In this document: positions 10,501 through 30,701 of the stretch, one piece after another
Numbering within the stretch: position 1 is the stretch's first letter
Layout: each line of letters opens with the position of its first letter
Assembly: GCA_949358305.1 (NCBI GenBank)
Contig: OX442314.1
Span: 22,506,001 to 22,570,000, forward strand
Direction of reading: 5' to 3'
Length of the DNA: 64,000 bases
Origin: Strigamia acuminata
Taxonomy: Eukaryota
The notes under the pieces: model-generated
Told to the model about the DNA's origin: nothing
Databases searched by the model: none
The model's input: the letters and a program-made list of their open reading frames with translations, nothing else
Position numbers and translations under genes: made by a program

Positions 10501-13500
10501 GCTGTAAAGAAATTTGGGACTCGCTAGTTTCGAATCCCGATGCTTGCGAGTTTGATAGAGAAGTAATTTGATAATTTTTAATTTTTGATAAATTGAATTG
10601 AGTTTCTTGTTTATTTTTTCTAGGTTTGTTTTGATTGGTTTAGTAATTGCCTGGAAGATTTAGAAGCAGACACAAGATATCAGTTATTCCAACTAAAACT
10701 TCTTAAAATGGATCCTGCGCAAGTGACAATGAGAGCATTTCAATGCTTTAAAACATATTTTGAGAGTGTAAATATCGAAGAGAGAAAATTGAAGAAAGTG
10801 CCAAATTACATCGTAAAAACTCGCAAAAAAATTTTAAAAAGAAAAAGAAATCGTTAATTCTATTGAATTCTTTTAGGTTGTCGATAGATTGGATCCGATC
10901 GGGATAGATTTCTTTTGGAAATTGGTTCTCTATGCACAGAATGAAGAAATAGCCGACATTGCAATCGATAATATTTTAGACTTGTCATATCTTTTGTTGG
11001 CACCCAGATTAAAAAAAGTAAAATAAATAAAATATTTAAAAAAAAAATTGAATTTATTTTCGAAATTGTTTTTCAGGACCCGGAAGTGTTACACAAAAAA
11101 TTCATCAGTGATTGCTCAAAACGACTTGAGGTATAAGGTTGTGTTCTGTTATGTATAGAGATACAGTAGCAGTGTCTAATAAAGTTTACAATTTGTGTAA
11201 ACGAACTAAAAATTGATTTAAGTAAATTTATTTCTTGTTTAAAGGATTTATTTAGTGAGCCGGACAAACTAGAAAAAAGTGACAGTCCCGAGGTAGAACT
11301 TATCAACGCATTATTATTTACACCCATCTATCTTTCACTGCACTTCTTTCAATTCATTTCTGACTGGCTCACTCTGACTGTAACAACTACTCGAATCTTT
11401 TAACCATCACGTTTTGTTTTAATACAGACTTCAATGATGACTTTGAGTGGATCGGCCATGTCGACAGCCGTATCAAGCGCTACGAAAACATTAACAGCTA
11501 TGTCTGTTGCTGAAGTAGCTTCTCTGCCATTACCATCGAAGTAAAAATGCAATTAAATTATTATTTCCAGTTTAATTGATTTTGTTTTTGTATACTAGAT
11601 CTGTGCAACTGCAAAATATTCGACGATTGCTGATGATAGCAGAGAGATATGTGTCTACTATCGAAGAGAATCATTCAGCTCCCCGCACAATTTTGCCTCA
11701 CGGAGCAGCTTTTCAGGGACATCCGATATCGATGCACGTTGTTATTTGCGAAGGAACTAAACAGGAATTTACGATAATTGTAAATGTTTATATATTTAAA
11801 TCGATATTTTTTAAATAAGTCTGTGTTTGCAGAGTCACAGTAATGAACCGTTACGTTCGCTTCGGCAAAACATTGCGCATCAAATGAAATTGAGTCCCGA
11901 ACATATCCAAATCGCTGCTAATGACAAAATAGTATTTTGATCGGATTTATGAAAAAACTATTACTACTTTTAGTTTACTACTTTTAGTTGGTGCCCAGTA
12001 AAGACCCAAAGTTATTGGGACAGCTAGAGTTTGCTGATGAGCAAAATATTGTGGTTAAAATCAACGGTATTGGTACTGCAGCGACCATGAACCCGAATCA
12101 AAATGTACAAGTCAGAGAAGTATGTTTTTTAAATATTGGTGCAGTATTTTAAATTAAATACTCTTTGAATTTTCAGATTCAAGAACAGTGTTCAGATGAT
12201 GTAAGAAGTTTCTACATTTAATTTTTATAGTGAAAAATTTAGATTTTTAATTTTTATAGGCTGATAGTAATTCAGCTGGAAATTCATCAGCTAATGCAAT
12301 GGCTTCCGCGACGTCGTCGACAGCTTCAAATCGGCAATCGTTTATCTTCGAACAGGAAAAAATGTTACCCGGCGTTGTTATGGCATCGGGAGGACAAGTG
12401 TTCGAGATGCTGTATCGCTTGACGGAATTGGAAGATTCAAAGTAAAGAATACTCGATTCGATTGAATTTGGCAGTTAGATGGCATCGTTTTTTTTTTTTA
12501 ATTTTTAATTTTATTTTAGAATAACGTCTTGTGTTCGTAATCTCTTACGGTTAATTCCGACGGATCAGTCGATTCAAGATGCCTTAGATTCTTTAGGAAC
12601 AAAAGTAAAAAAAAAAAAATGTTTGAAATATTTTAAAAATTCGTTTTTTTTTTAAATTTAAAATTTATATTTCTCAGGAGATTCCACGATCAAACGCAAG
12701 TGCGGAAGTAAGTCCGCGAGCAAGTCCTCGATCTAGTCCCAAAAAACTGAACGTTAGTCGCGATAAAGAATCGTCGTGGGAAGGCTTAAAAGTGTTTTTC
12801 GACGCCCACGCATTGTCCCCGTTTCGTGTTTTATATAATCTAGAGGTACGTAACTGCATCATCAACATTAATCGTAATAATTTAAATTTCCGATAGGTTT
12901 TATCGAGTAAGTTAATGCCCACATCGAACGATTTGGGTACCCAGCACAGCGCTCTCATGTTTTGTGAAGAGTTTTTGAGTGTTGGTGGCTTGCGATTGGT
13001 CATCAACATTCTGCAAAAGGATGCGATGCCGACGGAAGTCGACTACGATACTCGACAAGGATGTTATTTCATCGCGTTACAATTGGCCAGGTATTTATTT
13101 ATGCCCATTTTTTTAATGTTTTAAATTTAATTATTTGCCATTAGGTTTCTATTATGCGGTCAAACAATAACGGGCACTGCAGACATGCCGCCGTCACCGC
13201 AAGTTAAAATTAAAAAACCAACTTTAGAAGCGGTGAATCCAACATACTTTCCTCTTGCTGCGACCAAAGCTATTCAAGTAAAAACACTAAACATCTGTTC
13301 AACAAATTTTTATTTTATTTTATTTCACTCTAAAACAAGACGATGGGCGTTGCCGAGTTTTCAGACACGGTTCTTTGTTTTATGCGAGTCGCATGGGCAG
13401 CTGCAGCAGGACGTCTGTCTCTAGCTAATTCGACGTACACTACTCGAGAGAGCAGTACGTATTTCATCGGCTGTGGCGGCCGGAGTCGACAGAGCAGCAC

Positions 13501-16500
13501 TGGAAGTAACGCGAGCAGCAGCAGCGAAGGAGAAATCCACACATTGCACGCGGGAGTCTGTTCGCAGCAGTCCCACGTCATGCCTAGAGATTCATTAATA
13601 GCGCGCGAAGCTTTGGAACTTCTCGTGACATGTTTGCAATTGCGCAAACACAATTTAGGTATAGAATTGAGGCTCTATGATGATTGATGATGTTACTAAT
13701 GTAATTTTTTACGTTTTGTTTTTAGGATCGTTTTATAATTTGACGTGCGTGACCGATTTTATCATAGACACGGTTTTGGGGTCTCCAAACATTGAAATCA
13801 GAAACAAGGCGTGCGAACAGTTTTATCGGTTGAGTCAGATCAGTTCGTTTCAAGAAGGGGTTTTATCTCCACATCATTTCCTCCTTCAAACGCTTCTCAA
13901 AGCTCATCTTCCCTTATGGGTTTCGTCTAGCAGCACTCGTGGCGCGAGTCAAAGGTGTTTGGATATTTTAGCGAATAGTTTGCGTGGTTTACTGTAATGT
14001 TATGTTTAATTTAGGTTGCTGGCATTGTGTTCTCAATATTTTGAATTAGTTTGCCGTTTATTGCAAGGATTAACGGGTAATTTATGCCAAAACGGACATT
14101 GAGTTAGAGTTTTGCTTTATTTATTAATTTTTTTTTGTAGTTGAAGATCAACAAAATCTTCAGATCAATCCAGTACAAATGATGGACGATGAAATTGCGT
14201 GGTTGCTGAATTTTACGACGTCTGTAAATATAAATACTCAGCCGTCTGACAATGCGCTGCTTGCTGGTCACTTGAGGTTGATTCAAACCTTACTCACGTG
14301 CGAAGGAGTTGATAAAAAGCATTTTGGTGAGATTTATAACTTTGGAATTCATTGTAAATTGATTTTAATTTAGTGTTTCTTTTTTCAAGGTGGGTTAATA
14401 ATTTGCGAACTGCTCAATCAGTTTTTATTCCCAGCGTCGTGGGTTATAAGTGAAAGACTCCACTCAAATGCGACCGATATAACACCGAATTTTAATCCCA
14501 AGTTCGACTCATTTAATGGTGTGAACGTATAATTTAGTTTTCTAACTTCGTTTTTTTATTTAGGTGTTCCGGAATCGATGCTCGGATTGCTGGTTACGAT
14601 TTATTACAAGAATTAGCCACGAATTGTCCACAGAACATGAAACAAATAGCAAATCAATTAATTCACTTGCATCACACTTTTAATTCAGACTTGGCCAAAG
14701 AATACGAGGTTAATCATTGATTGTTTAGGTTGAATTAACATTATTGATAGATTTTATTTAATTTGACATTTTTAGTACGAACCCGCTGTTATAAGTCGTG
14801 CATCTTGCGGTTATGTGGGACTGAAGAATGCAGGTGCAACTTGCTACATGAATTCTGTTATTCAACAGTTATTTCTAGTTCCTGGAGTCCGCGAAGCTAT
14901 TTTGTCCGTGGACGATGAAAATGCGAAGGAGGACTCGTGAGAATTAATTTTTATTGGTTAAAAAAATTAATTAATTAATTGATTAATTTTTTTTAAGGGT
15001 TTTTTGTCAATTCCAATCAGTTTTCGGTCATTTGTTGGACAGTCAGTTGCAGTATTATGTCCCAGCGAATTTTTGGAAGTGCTTTAAATTATGGGGTCAG
15101 CCAGTTAATGTTAGAGAACAACAAGATGCGTTTGAGTTTTTCATGCACCTGATAGACCAGGTGGACGAATATCTCAAGCAAAATAAAAGACCGCAGATTT
15201 TTAAAAATTCTTTCGAAGGTCTTTTTTCCAATCAGATGATTTGTCAGGATTGCCCTCATCGGTAAACATCATCCAACTCTCCATTTGTGACTTGTTTATT
15301 ACATTTATTTCATTTATATTGCAGTTATGAACGTGAGGAATCATTTATGGCGCTGAATGTAACCGTAAAGAGTCATAATTTACAAGAATCGCTCGACCAA
15401 TTTGTAAAAGGAGAATTATTGGACGGCGACAACGCCTATTTCTGCGAAAAATGTTCCGAAAAGGTATTTTTTTGTTTGCTTAATCTTAAACCGAACAGAA
15501 AATAAAATAAATATTAATATTTTTATTATTTACCGCTTTTTCAGAGAAATACAATAAAAAGAACTTGCATTAAAAAATTATCACTAGTTTTGGTGATTCA
15601 TCTTAAACGGTTCGACTACGATTGGGAGGCGAATCGGGCATTAAAATTTGACGACCATTTTAAGGTAAAGATAAATTTGATGCAAAATCAAGAGTGGATA
15701 TAGATAACGTACAAAGGGTGGCCATTTTAAAATGGATGATTTTGGTCTAAAAATGAATGTAATTTCATTTTCATTTCATTCCATTCTTCTCACTGCTTTG
15801 GATTCTTTGGATCCGTCCCATAAATTTGCAATTGAAGCAATGTAATCTATCATATAATCATCTAAATAAACGTTTTAGCTGAATTTTTTCATCTTATGCA
15901 AAATAAAAAAAATTAGTGGACGCAGTAATGGAGTAGTCTGAATCGAGTTATAGCTTGACAGCTACCTTGCAAATCGAGCTTAGTTAGCTGACCATAGACT
16001 CTTCCAACTCAGACACCGAACTAGCATCTGCCTCATTATAAGGCATCTTGTGCACATGTTCGATGCAAGCCACTTTCTATTGAGCCACTTCCGTTTAATA
16101 AAATCCCCTGCTAGAGGATTCAGTGATCTTTGTCTCAGACCTTCCCAGGGCTGAAGTGAACAATTGTATGCTCCGTTTGTTAGCCCTAAAGCAAGCCTCA
16201 CAACTGCATCCATCCAACCTAAACAAGCTGTGCTTTTCCTTTTATAGTAGATTTAATTTTTACCGTGGCTAAATGGTGCGAGACAAGTCTTCGTCGAAAA
16301 TTAATTCAACCTTAACACTTGTTCGATAACTTTGATTGCAAACTTGTTACACTCATAAAAATGAAATTATTTCTTATGTTTGAATTTATTTTTACGAATT
16401 TTATTTTTTTTCTTGTAAATTTTAGTTTCCATGGACATTGGACATGAGTCCATACATGGCAGAAGACATTCAAGAGAAAGAAAAAGCAAATAAATTGGAT

Positions 16501-19386
16501 TCTACTAATGTAGAGAATTCAAATATGCATATCAAAACTAATTTAAAGTCGCTTGAAACCTTATACGAGTTGGTGGGTATTGTGGTGCACAGTGGACAAG
16601 CCAACGCTGGGCATTATTACTCTTTTATAAAAGACAGACGGTGAGTTGACAGTTGACACTAATAACAATTTTATTTATTTATATTAAAATGTATTTTGGC
16701 TTATTTTTTACTATAGGGGTGATAGTTTGACGAACCCAAATCGTGGAAAATGGTTTAAATTCAACGACACCAGTGTCGAAGAATTCGAAATGAACGACAT
16801 GACTTTGGAAGCGGAATGTTTCGGTGGCACTTACCGAGCTAAAGTTTACGATCCGAGCAAGTTTTACCATCGATATCGTACCAAATTTGAGTAGTTTTAA
16901 CGCAAATTTGTTTGATTTTTACAGCTAGTTCTTACCCGGAAATTAGACAACGGTATTGGAACGGTTACATGTTGTTTTACGAACGAATGGAAGACACCAC
17001 AAAAATCCCCTGCACGCCCAGACGAAGTACGACACGGAGATCGTTCATGAAGCTTGAAGAACAAAAAATCGCAAAGTAGTATTTGATTTTTTTTTTATTA
17101 TTTGATTTGTTTTTGATTTGATTGAATTTTATTTTGCAGTCCGTTGTCGGCAGTGCGTAAAGATTCGGATGGTTTAACGCAATTGACTGAATTGGTTCAT
17201 CACGGGGACAGACAAGGAATTTTCCAAGATCGAATGCCCGCTCGGATCCAGCAAATGGTGCACGAAGAGAATTTACATTTCATGCAAAATCGCGATGTTT
17301 ATTGCGAAGAATATTTCAGTTTCGTTTACCAGTTAGTGATTTGCAACATGGTTGGTTTTCCGGCATCGATTGAACCTTTAATTTGCTTTAATTTTAACAA
17401 ATACCAAACTGTTTTTTTGATTTAATTAATTTAGAATGCAAATAACAGATCGGTCTGTTCAACTATAGCTGCTGAACTTTCAATCAGTTTTTTGTTGAAT
17501 ACATACTTCAGGACAAAAAACAAGGAAATGTGAGATTTTGTTTTGATTTTTCTTTAAATGAGAATAATTAATTAATTTTGTTTATTTTTTAGTGCTGTTA
17601 TTGATGTGTGGTCAAACACCTTGGCTTCACTGCTTGACCAGTCACAAGAGACGACTTTTTGGATGTTGGAATATTTTGCCGGTGAAGCAGGAATGGCTTA
17701 CATAAAGTAAAAAACAAAAATCTTTTGTAATATAGTTGTACAATTTGATTAATAAATTTATTTCCAGGTCATTTTTATTGGAATGTCCAAGCAAGGATGT
17801 CCGAAATGCATTCGGCGATATGCTGAAAACGTTGTTGGAGAGTTACTTCAAATGTAATTTAGGAGTAAGCAGCTAAAATACTTTAAATTATTTATTATTT
17901 GATATTCAATTACGTTTTTATTTCTAGACGCCAATCAAGCACACCGACGACCTTATCGAATATTTCCTCGTTTTGCTGAACAAGGAGGTGCCTGACAATT
18001 GCCGCACCTGCAGTCAATACTTTGAACTTCTATTTGCCTGCACCCAAATGGGGCGCAAAGCTTGCGCTCATTTGTTCCAACATGCGGCCTTTACCAGACT
18101 TCTTTCTTTTCTACTCGGCCCTGCCAACATGAATGCAAAATCAGACGTGCGTTTTACACAATCACATGTTTTAGGTTAACAAAATTAAATCTTTTGTGCG
18201 TGCAGGATGTTCTATCAAAACGTTGGAGCGCATTTCAAGCGAGAGAATTTGCTGGTCTTCATACAACACTCGCATCATTAATTCTTATTTGTGACGTGAC
18301 TCCATATCGAACATGTGGTAAGGTTTTAAAACATTGATTTTTCATTATTTGATCGCCATATTTAACAAATTGCAGCTCAAGAAAACACTGCCGAGAAAAA
18401 CCCCGCGAGTAAATCATCCGCCTTACTTCCAATGCCATCTGACATTCATGCTGCCTTGTTTGGTCCGCGTGGTCATTGGTACATCAGGGAGGTGATCATT
18501 GCTTGCCGAGAAGTTTTCGGTTGTCTTGCAGCGATCGTGGACATGTTAATTCATTGTAGTTTCTGTAATTTAAATTTCACAAATCTCGTTTTACAACACA
18601 TAGTGGTGAGTTACATTAGTTTTATTTTTTTAAACTCGCCGAGTTGTTTAATTTTTATATATTTTTCTTTACAGTTACAATACGTTAGTGTTCCATCAAA
18701 CGAGTTGAAGAATATTTTTCATCTGTTATTGGAAATGTTGGTTATCGAAGACCCTCTACAGTTCGCTAGATTGCAATATATTATCGATGGATGTATTGAC
18801 AAAGGTTCAACACCATCGGAAGGAATGTTAGGTAAGTTTATTTGTACAAAATTTAAAATTGAATTAATTAAATATTCTATTTTCAGCTATAATCAAATTG
18901 AATCATGCATCAGACAGTCGCCGCTCTTATCAATGCATTAAATTTTTAGTTCATTTGGCGAATAAGTAAATAAAAATGAAAATTATTCGATGAATTGACA
19001 TTTATTTATCGTTTTCCTCTCATTCAGATCATCTTTAGCCAAGGATTACTTGATGCAAAGCCCCACGAGATGGCAATGGGCCGTGAATTGGCTGCGGAAG
19101 AAAATGACCGAGCACAATTATTGGAACCAACAATCAATACCTTTGTCTAATGAAGATTCGAATTCACATAGTTTTCAGAGGACTATAAGTGCTCAGGTAA
19201 GTGATGACGTCTTGACGAGTGTTGATTTGTGGCGTTACAAGTTTATTAATTCAGGATACGTTGGCCGAAGCAACTGCCCTGTTATCAGAAGTGGATCCAC
19301 CCGATTGCGAAATGGAAACAGACAATTTTGAAGAGGACGAGGAGAAAAGCAGAGAGAAATCAGTTGGCATTAATTGGAAAGTGTGA
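7565..19386 (+). CDS. USP24: Ubiquitin C-terminal hydrolase 24-like (N-terminal UBA plus USP domain), many exons
   Basis: N-terminal UBA ([27 protein letters not shown]). Cys box [22 protein letters not shown] near 14809. [11 protein letters not shown]. His box [19 protein letters not shown] near 16574. WFKFND. C-terminal [31 protein letters not shown]. The UBA domain separates it from USP9X/faf. Confidence 0.92.
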
Positions 19387-21875
19387 AATGTGCTGCCGTA
19401 TTATATCATAAAAGACATTTTGTTTATATTTAATATTGTTAGTTTTTTGGAAAAATAACCCGGTCAATTATATAATTGTTATTGTTTATATGGGGGGACA
19501 GAAATTTTCCCAGTTTTCTTCTTGCTGCGTAAGATGGAACCGACATTTTATATCATATCCCTCTAAGTTCTCAAATTAAAAAATTTGTAAGAATAGACGA
19601 ATTATGTTGTACAGTTTAAAAGGAAAAGAAGCTATTCATTTCATTTTTCAAATTAAATATGTTTTTCATTTGATTTTTGAAATTTGATGATTTTATATAA
19701 CAAAACTTAACCTTTGTGAGGATTTTTTTTCCTATAACTTTTTATGCAATTAAGCATTTTAAGAATTTCTACATCGTTAGATGACAATCAAAAACAATCG
19801 TTTTACGGTAACATTTTACTAACTACTTTATTTCAACTTTTCGATTGAAGTTTATTAAAAATGTCATTTATCACGTCTTATTTTCTTTTCTTTTTTTAAA
19901 TTAATAATTTGAATTTCAATATTCAATCAATCATAAGTGCATCAAATGAACCGAAGTCTTGATCTTGAAGTATACTTTGTTTGACGATGTAAATCAACTG
20001 CAAGAATATTTTTATTTGGAATAGCAAACAAATTTAAATTCTAAAATAACGCCATTTTACATGAATTAATTTTAATTACGGTAAAAGCGCTTTTACTTTA
20101 AGCCTAAATGATATATTTTGCTTCTTGTTACGCTTTGACCACTGCAGCTCTTGGGAAAACGTATTGCATGTAAGTACTTATTTTGTATTTACTATTTCCC
20201 CATTGAAATATTTTTCATCTTTGATTTTTATGACCATTTCTCTTATATAGTTAATGATTGGTATCAAAATTGAGCGGTAATATTTTCGTGTTCATTTGAA
20301 ATCGTAAATCTAATCTCTAAACTTTATTTACAGCAAGAGTAGATGGAAATCTCTATGCACTCTTGTTTACAGGAATTTAGTAGTTACACTTTCACTTGAC
20401 ATTCGTAATCAGCACCAATGTAGCATTAAATGAATATGAATTTACACTTATATATCGTAATCTGAGTAGTAAAATCAGGGCCGGATAATATGTACGCTCT
20501 ATGCTTGTGTTTAAACCTGTATTTCAAGTGATTTAATTATTTGAGGCTATTTGAAAACAGTTTGGTTGCAAAAACTACTAAGATGCATATCTTAGATGAT
20601 TAAAAATTTAGAATTTTTTAAGTTTTTATTTTATTAGTAGCAAATGAAATCAATGATGAAACTATATTCAAAAATACGCGAGCCACAATTCGTTTTATTC
20701 TAAATTTAAAGACTGAAATTGATTGAAATCAATGTTACTTGCAGCTATTCAACAAACTTTTGTTTCTTTCAATGGAAGGAAGCACAAATAATGCTGCAAA
20801 AAGAAAAACACTTCTCCAAATCTGAATAATAATAATAATAATTAATTTGCAAGGATATCACTCTCATCAACATTAATTATTAACATTTTAAAAAGTGATA
20901 TTTTGATTCCAAACTGCACACGTTCTCACATTTGTACTAATTTGTTATTGGTGGAAATTGGTTTGCTACAAACCTTTAGGCACCAAGAAAGCGGCAAAAT
21001 CTAAAGAATTTTTTTTATATAAAAAAAATTCTCTTCGCACTTTTAGACGTGGCGTAAAGACAAAAATACAATGTGATCAAACTGTAGTGCAAAACTCAGC
21101 TCTATTAAATGAGTAGTCTTTTTAAAACCTACATGAAAACTGAGCTAATTCCAAATTATTTCAACCCGAAACAACAAAAATTAGTGTACACAATTTGAGA
21201 ATGCAATTTCTTATTTTCTTATTTTTTTTTCTAATAAAAATTAGAGGAATTTTTACAAGCCAAAGATGAGATTCAGTTTAAAAAGACTATAAAAAAAATC
21301 TTAGTTTTTTTCTTCTTATTTCTTTAAAAAACGGGAGGAAAAAAGAATAAAAACCATACAACAAAATAACCATAACTGAATTTCACTCTAGCTTATTTAA
21401 ATCAGTTTTTATTTGAGTTTGTTTTCTCGTTTAAATCTAAACTTTCCTAATTTTTTCTCTTCCTACAACTGGAAACACAACACAAAACAACAGAAATAAT
21501 TGAAAATGATTTTTTTTTTGAATTATTTTAAACCCAAAAAAATTATTGACATAATGATAAATCTAAATAGAGAGAAAGGAAACAAAATAAAAGTAAATGG
21601 GTCAATAAAAGTCGAAGAGCATGATTATTTTTCTTTAATATTATTCGTCCATCGTGAAGCTAACATAGCTTAGGATGTTTTGTTGTCTGTGCAAATCTGC
21701 TGTGGGATCAGCAGGAGGAGGCGAGAGGATCATGTGATCCAAAAAGGAAAAAAAAAAAAAAAGATTTTTTTTTAAACCCTTTAGTTCCTCGCGGGAAATT
21801 CAGGCTACAGGATACACCATCCACATTTTGACGGCTCGAGTCCATTATTAAGTGGCTCCATGGCAAAACTGATTT

Positions 21876-27788
<5,913 letters not shown>

Positions 27789-30103
27789 GGCGGCGCTTGA
27801 CCAGTGCCTTTAGCTTGCCGTGACCACACCTTCAACCTTCACCTCACCACACCTCGAGTCCACCGAACGGGGAGATGGGTTTTTGGTCAAATTTTGAAAA
27901 ACTAGCAAACGAAGATCGGAATCGCCTCATACGCCAATTGCCAGTGTAGTAAGGGGAGGGGAGGGAGGTCACCAATACATTGTATCCTTCCGCGAGTGGA
28001 ATTATTTAATTTTTCACGAGGAACGAAGGAACGAGTTTATTATTTAATCGTATGCTTGGCTGGTTGCGAGTGAGTTTTATATCTTTCGGCAGGTGTTGTT
28101 TGCGTGGGTGGGAAATGAACATTTGAAAAACGAAGTTGAGGATTATTTTTCTAATGGCGGATGAGATAGGCGCCATTGATTGCGCCATAAAATAAATATG
28201 GCGATTGAGATTTAGCTGGCGGAGGGTTGCTTGCTGAGCGATCAATTTTTTTCGCAATGCGCTAGTCAACGACATTAATTTCGGGGTCACTGACCGGGGG
28301 TTGAAAAGAGAGAAAAGGTTGGCGTTTTAACGAGAATTAATTGATATGTCGTTGTAACGAGAGTCACTATTGAGAACATTAACCTAGTTGCGCCATCTGG
28401 AGACGAATTATCCACATACTCGTCAAGGACAAGGCCATGCCTGACGCCTCTCGCGATTGGTTGGACACTGTACAATCCCTGCATCTACATCTTTTTTTTT
28501 TCGACATAAATTGATGTTAAAAATAAGTATTTTGATGTGACTGTTGGTGCTGGGGAATAATAATTTTAGGTCAGCTGCCAAACATGTTTGTGTTGGAAAG
28601 TGATGTGTATAATTTACATGGGAGTCAGGCAGTATTTAGTGTTGTTTTTTTTTAAAATAACTATTTAGTTATTTTTGAACAACAAATGTGGATGGCGTGG
28701 GCGGATAATGCTTTCAGCCAAAATCGTCGACTGGGGCCGTATGCCAGCGACCTGTCGCAACACATTAAAAAGTACTTAAGTTTTAAATGCGTACAATAAG
28801 TATAAGTAAAAATGGGTTATCCATAAGGGATACTAGACACGTGCCAAGGAGTATAATGCCTTGTTCACACTTAAACCACTTTTAGAAAATCTTGTGTTCA
28901 CACTTGTAGTGTGACAGTCATGGTGCGTGGGGATTTAGACCATGCAAACCGCGATCTGTGGGACGACTTTTTTAAGGACCCAACCTTGCACTTTAGAGCT
29001 GGGAAAATCTCAAAAAATCCGTTGGAGGCGGATGACAGATGAGTCTCCGTAAGATCGAGGCAGGTGAATTTTCGAGCCATTTGCGTCAAAAATGCACTAT
29101 TTTCCATAAATGGCCCATTTTTTACGCATGAAATGGTCAGATTTTTCTCATAAAGTTGATTTATAAATCTAAAATTGAATATATTTTTTTAAAAAAGTTG
29201 ATTTAATGCTAAAATAATGTATTTTTTGAAACCAGTTTGGGCCTGGGAGGATACAGTCAAGTGATTGAACTTATTGTGTTGGTTGAATGTTAGATTGAAG
29301 TATTTTTTTAATATCTCATTCATTTCTTGATGCTCAAAGCAACCAATTTGACCCTTCCTACGCTGCAATGCACTCCTCAAGGTTGCCACGAAGGTTTTAA
29401 AAATGGTAACATTTTATTGCACCAACTTGAAGGGAATTTAGTTCTGCATATAATTCCATTTGATAAAACTATTTTTCATAGATGTGACCTTAATTTTTTC
29501 CTCCACCCTTTGCCTAAAGATATCTTTATTTACGACACATTTGAACATCAGGAACCAGCTCTTTAATTAGCAGGAAAATTTCGAAATTCAATTTTTAAGA
29601 TGACTTTTTTTCTCTCAAAGATTAGAACGGCTTATTGAATATTTAATGCTGTTTAAGTGTGTTTGTGGCGGGAAAACCTTGTTGCAACAATATCATAACA
29701 CTAAAACTCTAAACGCCGGTTTTAGTAACTATTATATCTACATAATACACCTTTTTTTTTTTTTAAAGAGATTTTATTCCGGTGTATGATTCGTTTAATG
29801 TCTGCATAAAGTTTTTTTTTTGCCAATGCTAAATAAAGATGCGATGATGGCTAGAAAGGACCTTCGTCATCTTACCGGGAATGTCTCCATCAAAGGCTTT
29901 TTATTTTAAATGTGCGAGGAGCAAACAAACATAACTTTGCTTTCTCTTTTCCATGGGATAAAATTCATTTTTTTTCCACCTTAAAATGCAGGTTAAGTGC
30001 AAATAGTGATATCTGAATCGGTTGCCAACATACGGGGACTAAATGCTTTGCGATAGCTGATACTCTACCCAGTAGAATTTAATTTGTCGAGCATTCACTT
30101 ACT

Positions 30104-30375
30104 CCAGGCGCATTCAATACAAAATTAACACAACACGAGAATTAGCACCACTTGTTAACATTTGATGGCGTTCTTGACCGTAACGAGCTTTAACGTGAGA
30201 TTCTCGTGTTTAAAAATCACCTGTTAACACGGTGAGACTTCTTAAGACTATCCTCCAAAGGTCGTGCTATTTTTATCGTACCACCAAAGTCAACGCAGGA
30301 TTTTACACGAAATTCTTGTGTTAAATCTCATAACACGGCGTAACACGACCATTCTGTATAGTTGAATGCGCTTGG
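30104..30375. mobile_element. MITE-like element
   Basis: Terminal inverted repeats CCAGGCGCATTCAA and TTGAATGCGCTTGG, with internal ACACG-type motifs. No clear TSD. Confidence 0.55.
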
Positions 30376-30397
30376 TGTTTTTTTTAAAAACTTTATA

Positions 30398-30701
30398 CTG
30401 TAAATGCTTTAGTAGAATGCGGGTGTTCTATTGACACAACCTAGATTTCCCCTGCAAATTTTTAAAACTTTTTGATCAATTTAGACATTTATTTCAGTCG
30501 TTTTGTTTAATTTAGATATTTATTTTAGTCGTTTTGTTTAATTTAAACATTTATTTTAGTCGTTTTGTTTAATTTAGACATTTATTTTTGTCGTTTTGTT
30601 CAATTTAGATATTGAAATTAGTCATTTTGGTCAATTTAGACCCGTGTTGTAAAGGATAACACGTTAAATGGCCATCCGGCGTTCTATTAGAGCATTTACG
30701 G
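30398..30701. mobile_element. Tc1/mariner-pogo-type MITE carrying a 31-bp tandem array
   Basis: Imperfect TIRs CTGTAAATGCTTTAGTAGAATGCGGG and CCGGCGTTCTATTAGAGCATTTACGG, flanked by TA on both sides. 31-bp unit AATTTAGACATTTATTTTAGTCGTTTTGTTT in about 5 copies at 30478-30641. Confidence 0.8.

Noticed and set aside
15665..16424. Nested gene in the long USP24 intron (ORF 15980-16213)
   Set aside because: No recognisable homology; probably a decayed TE insertion whose ends I cannot define.
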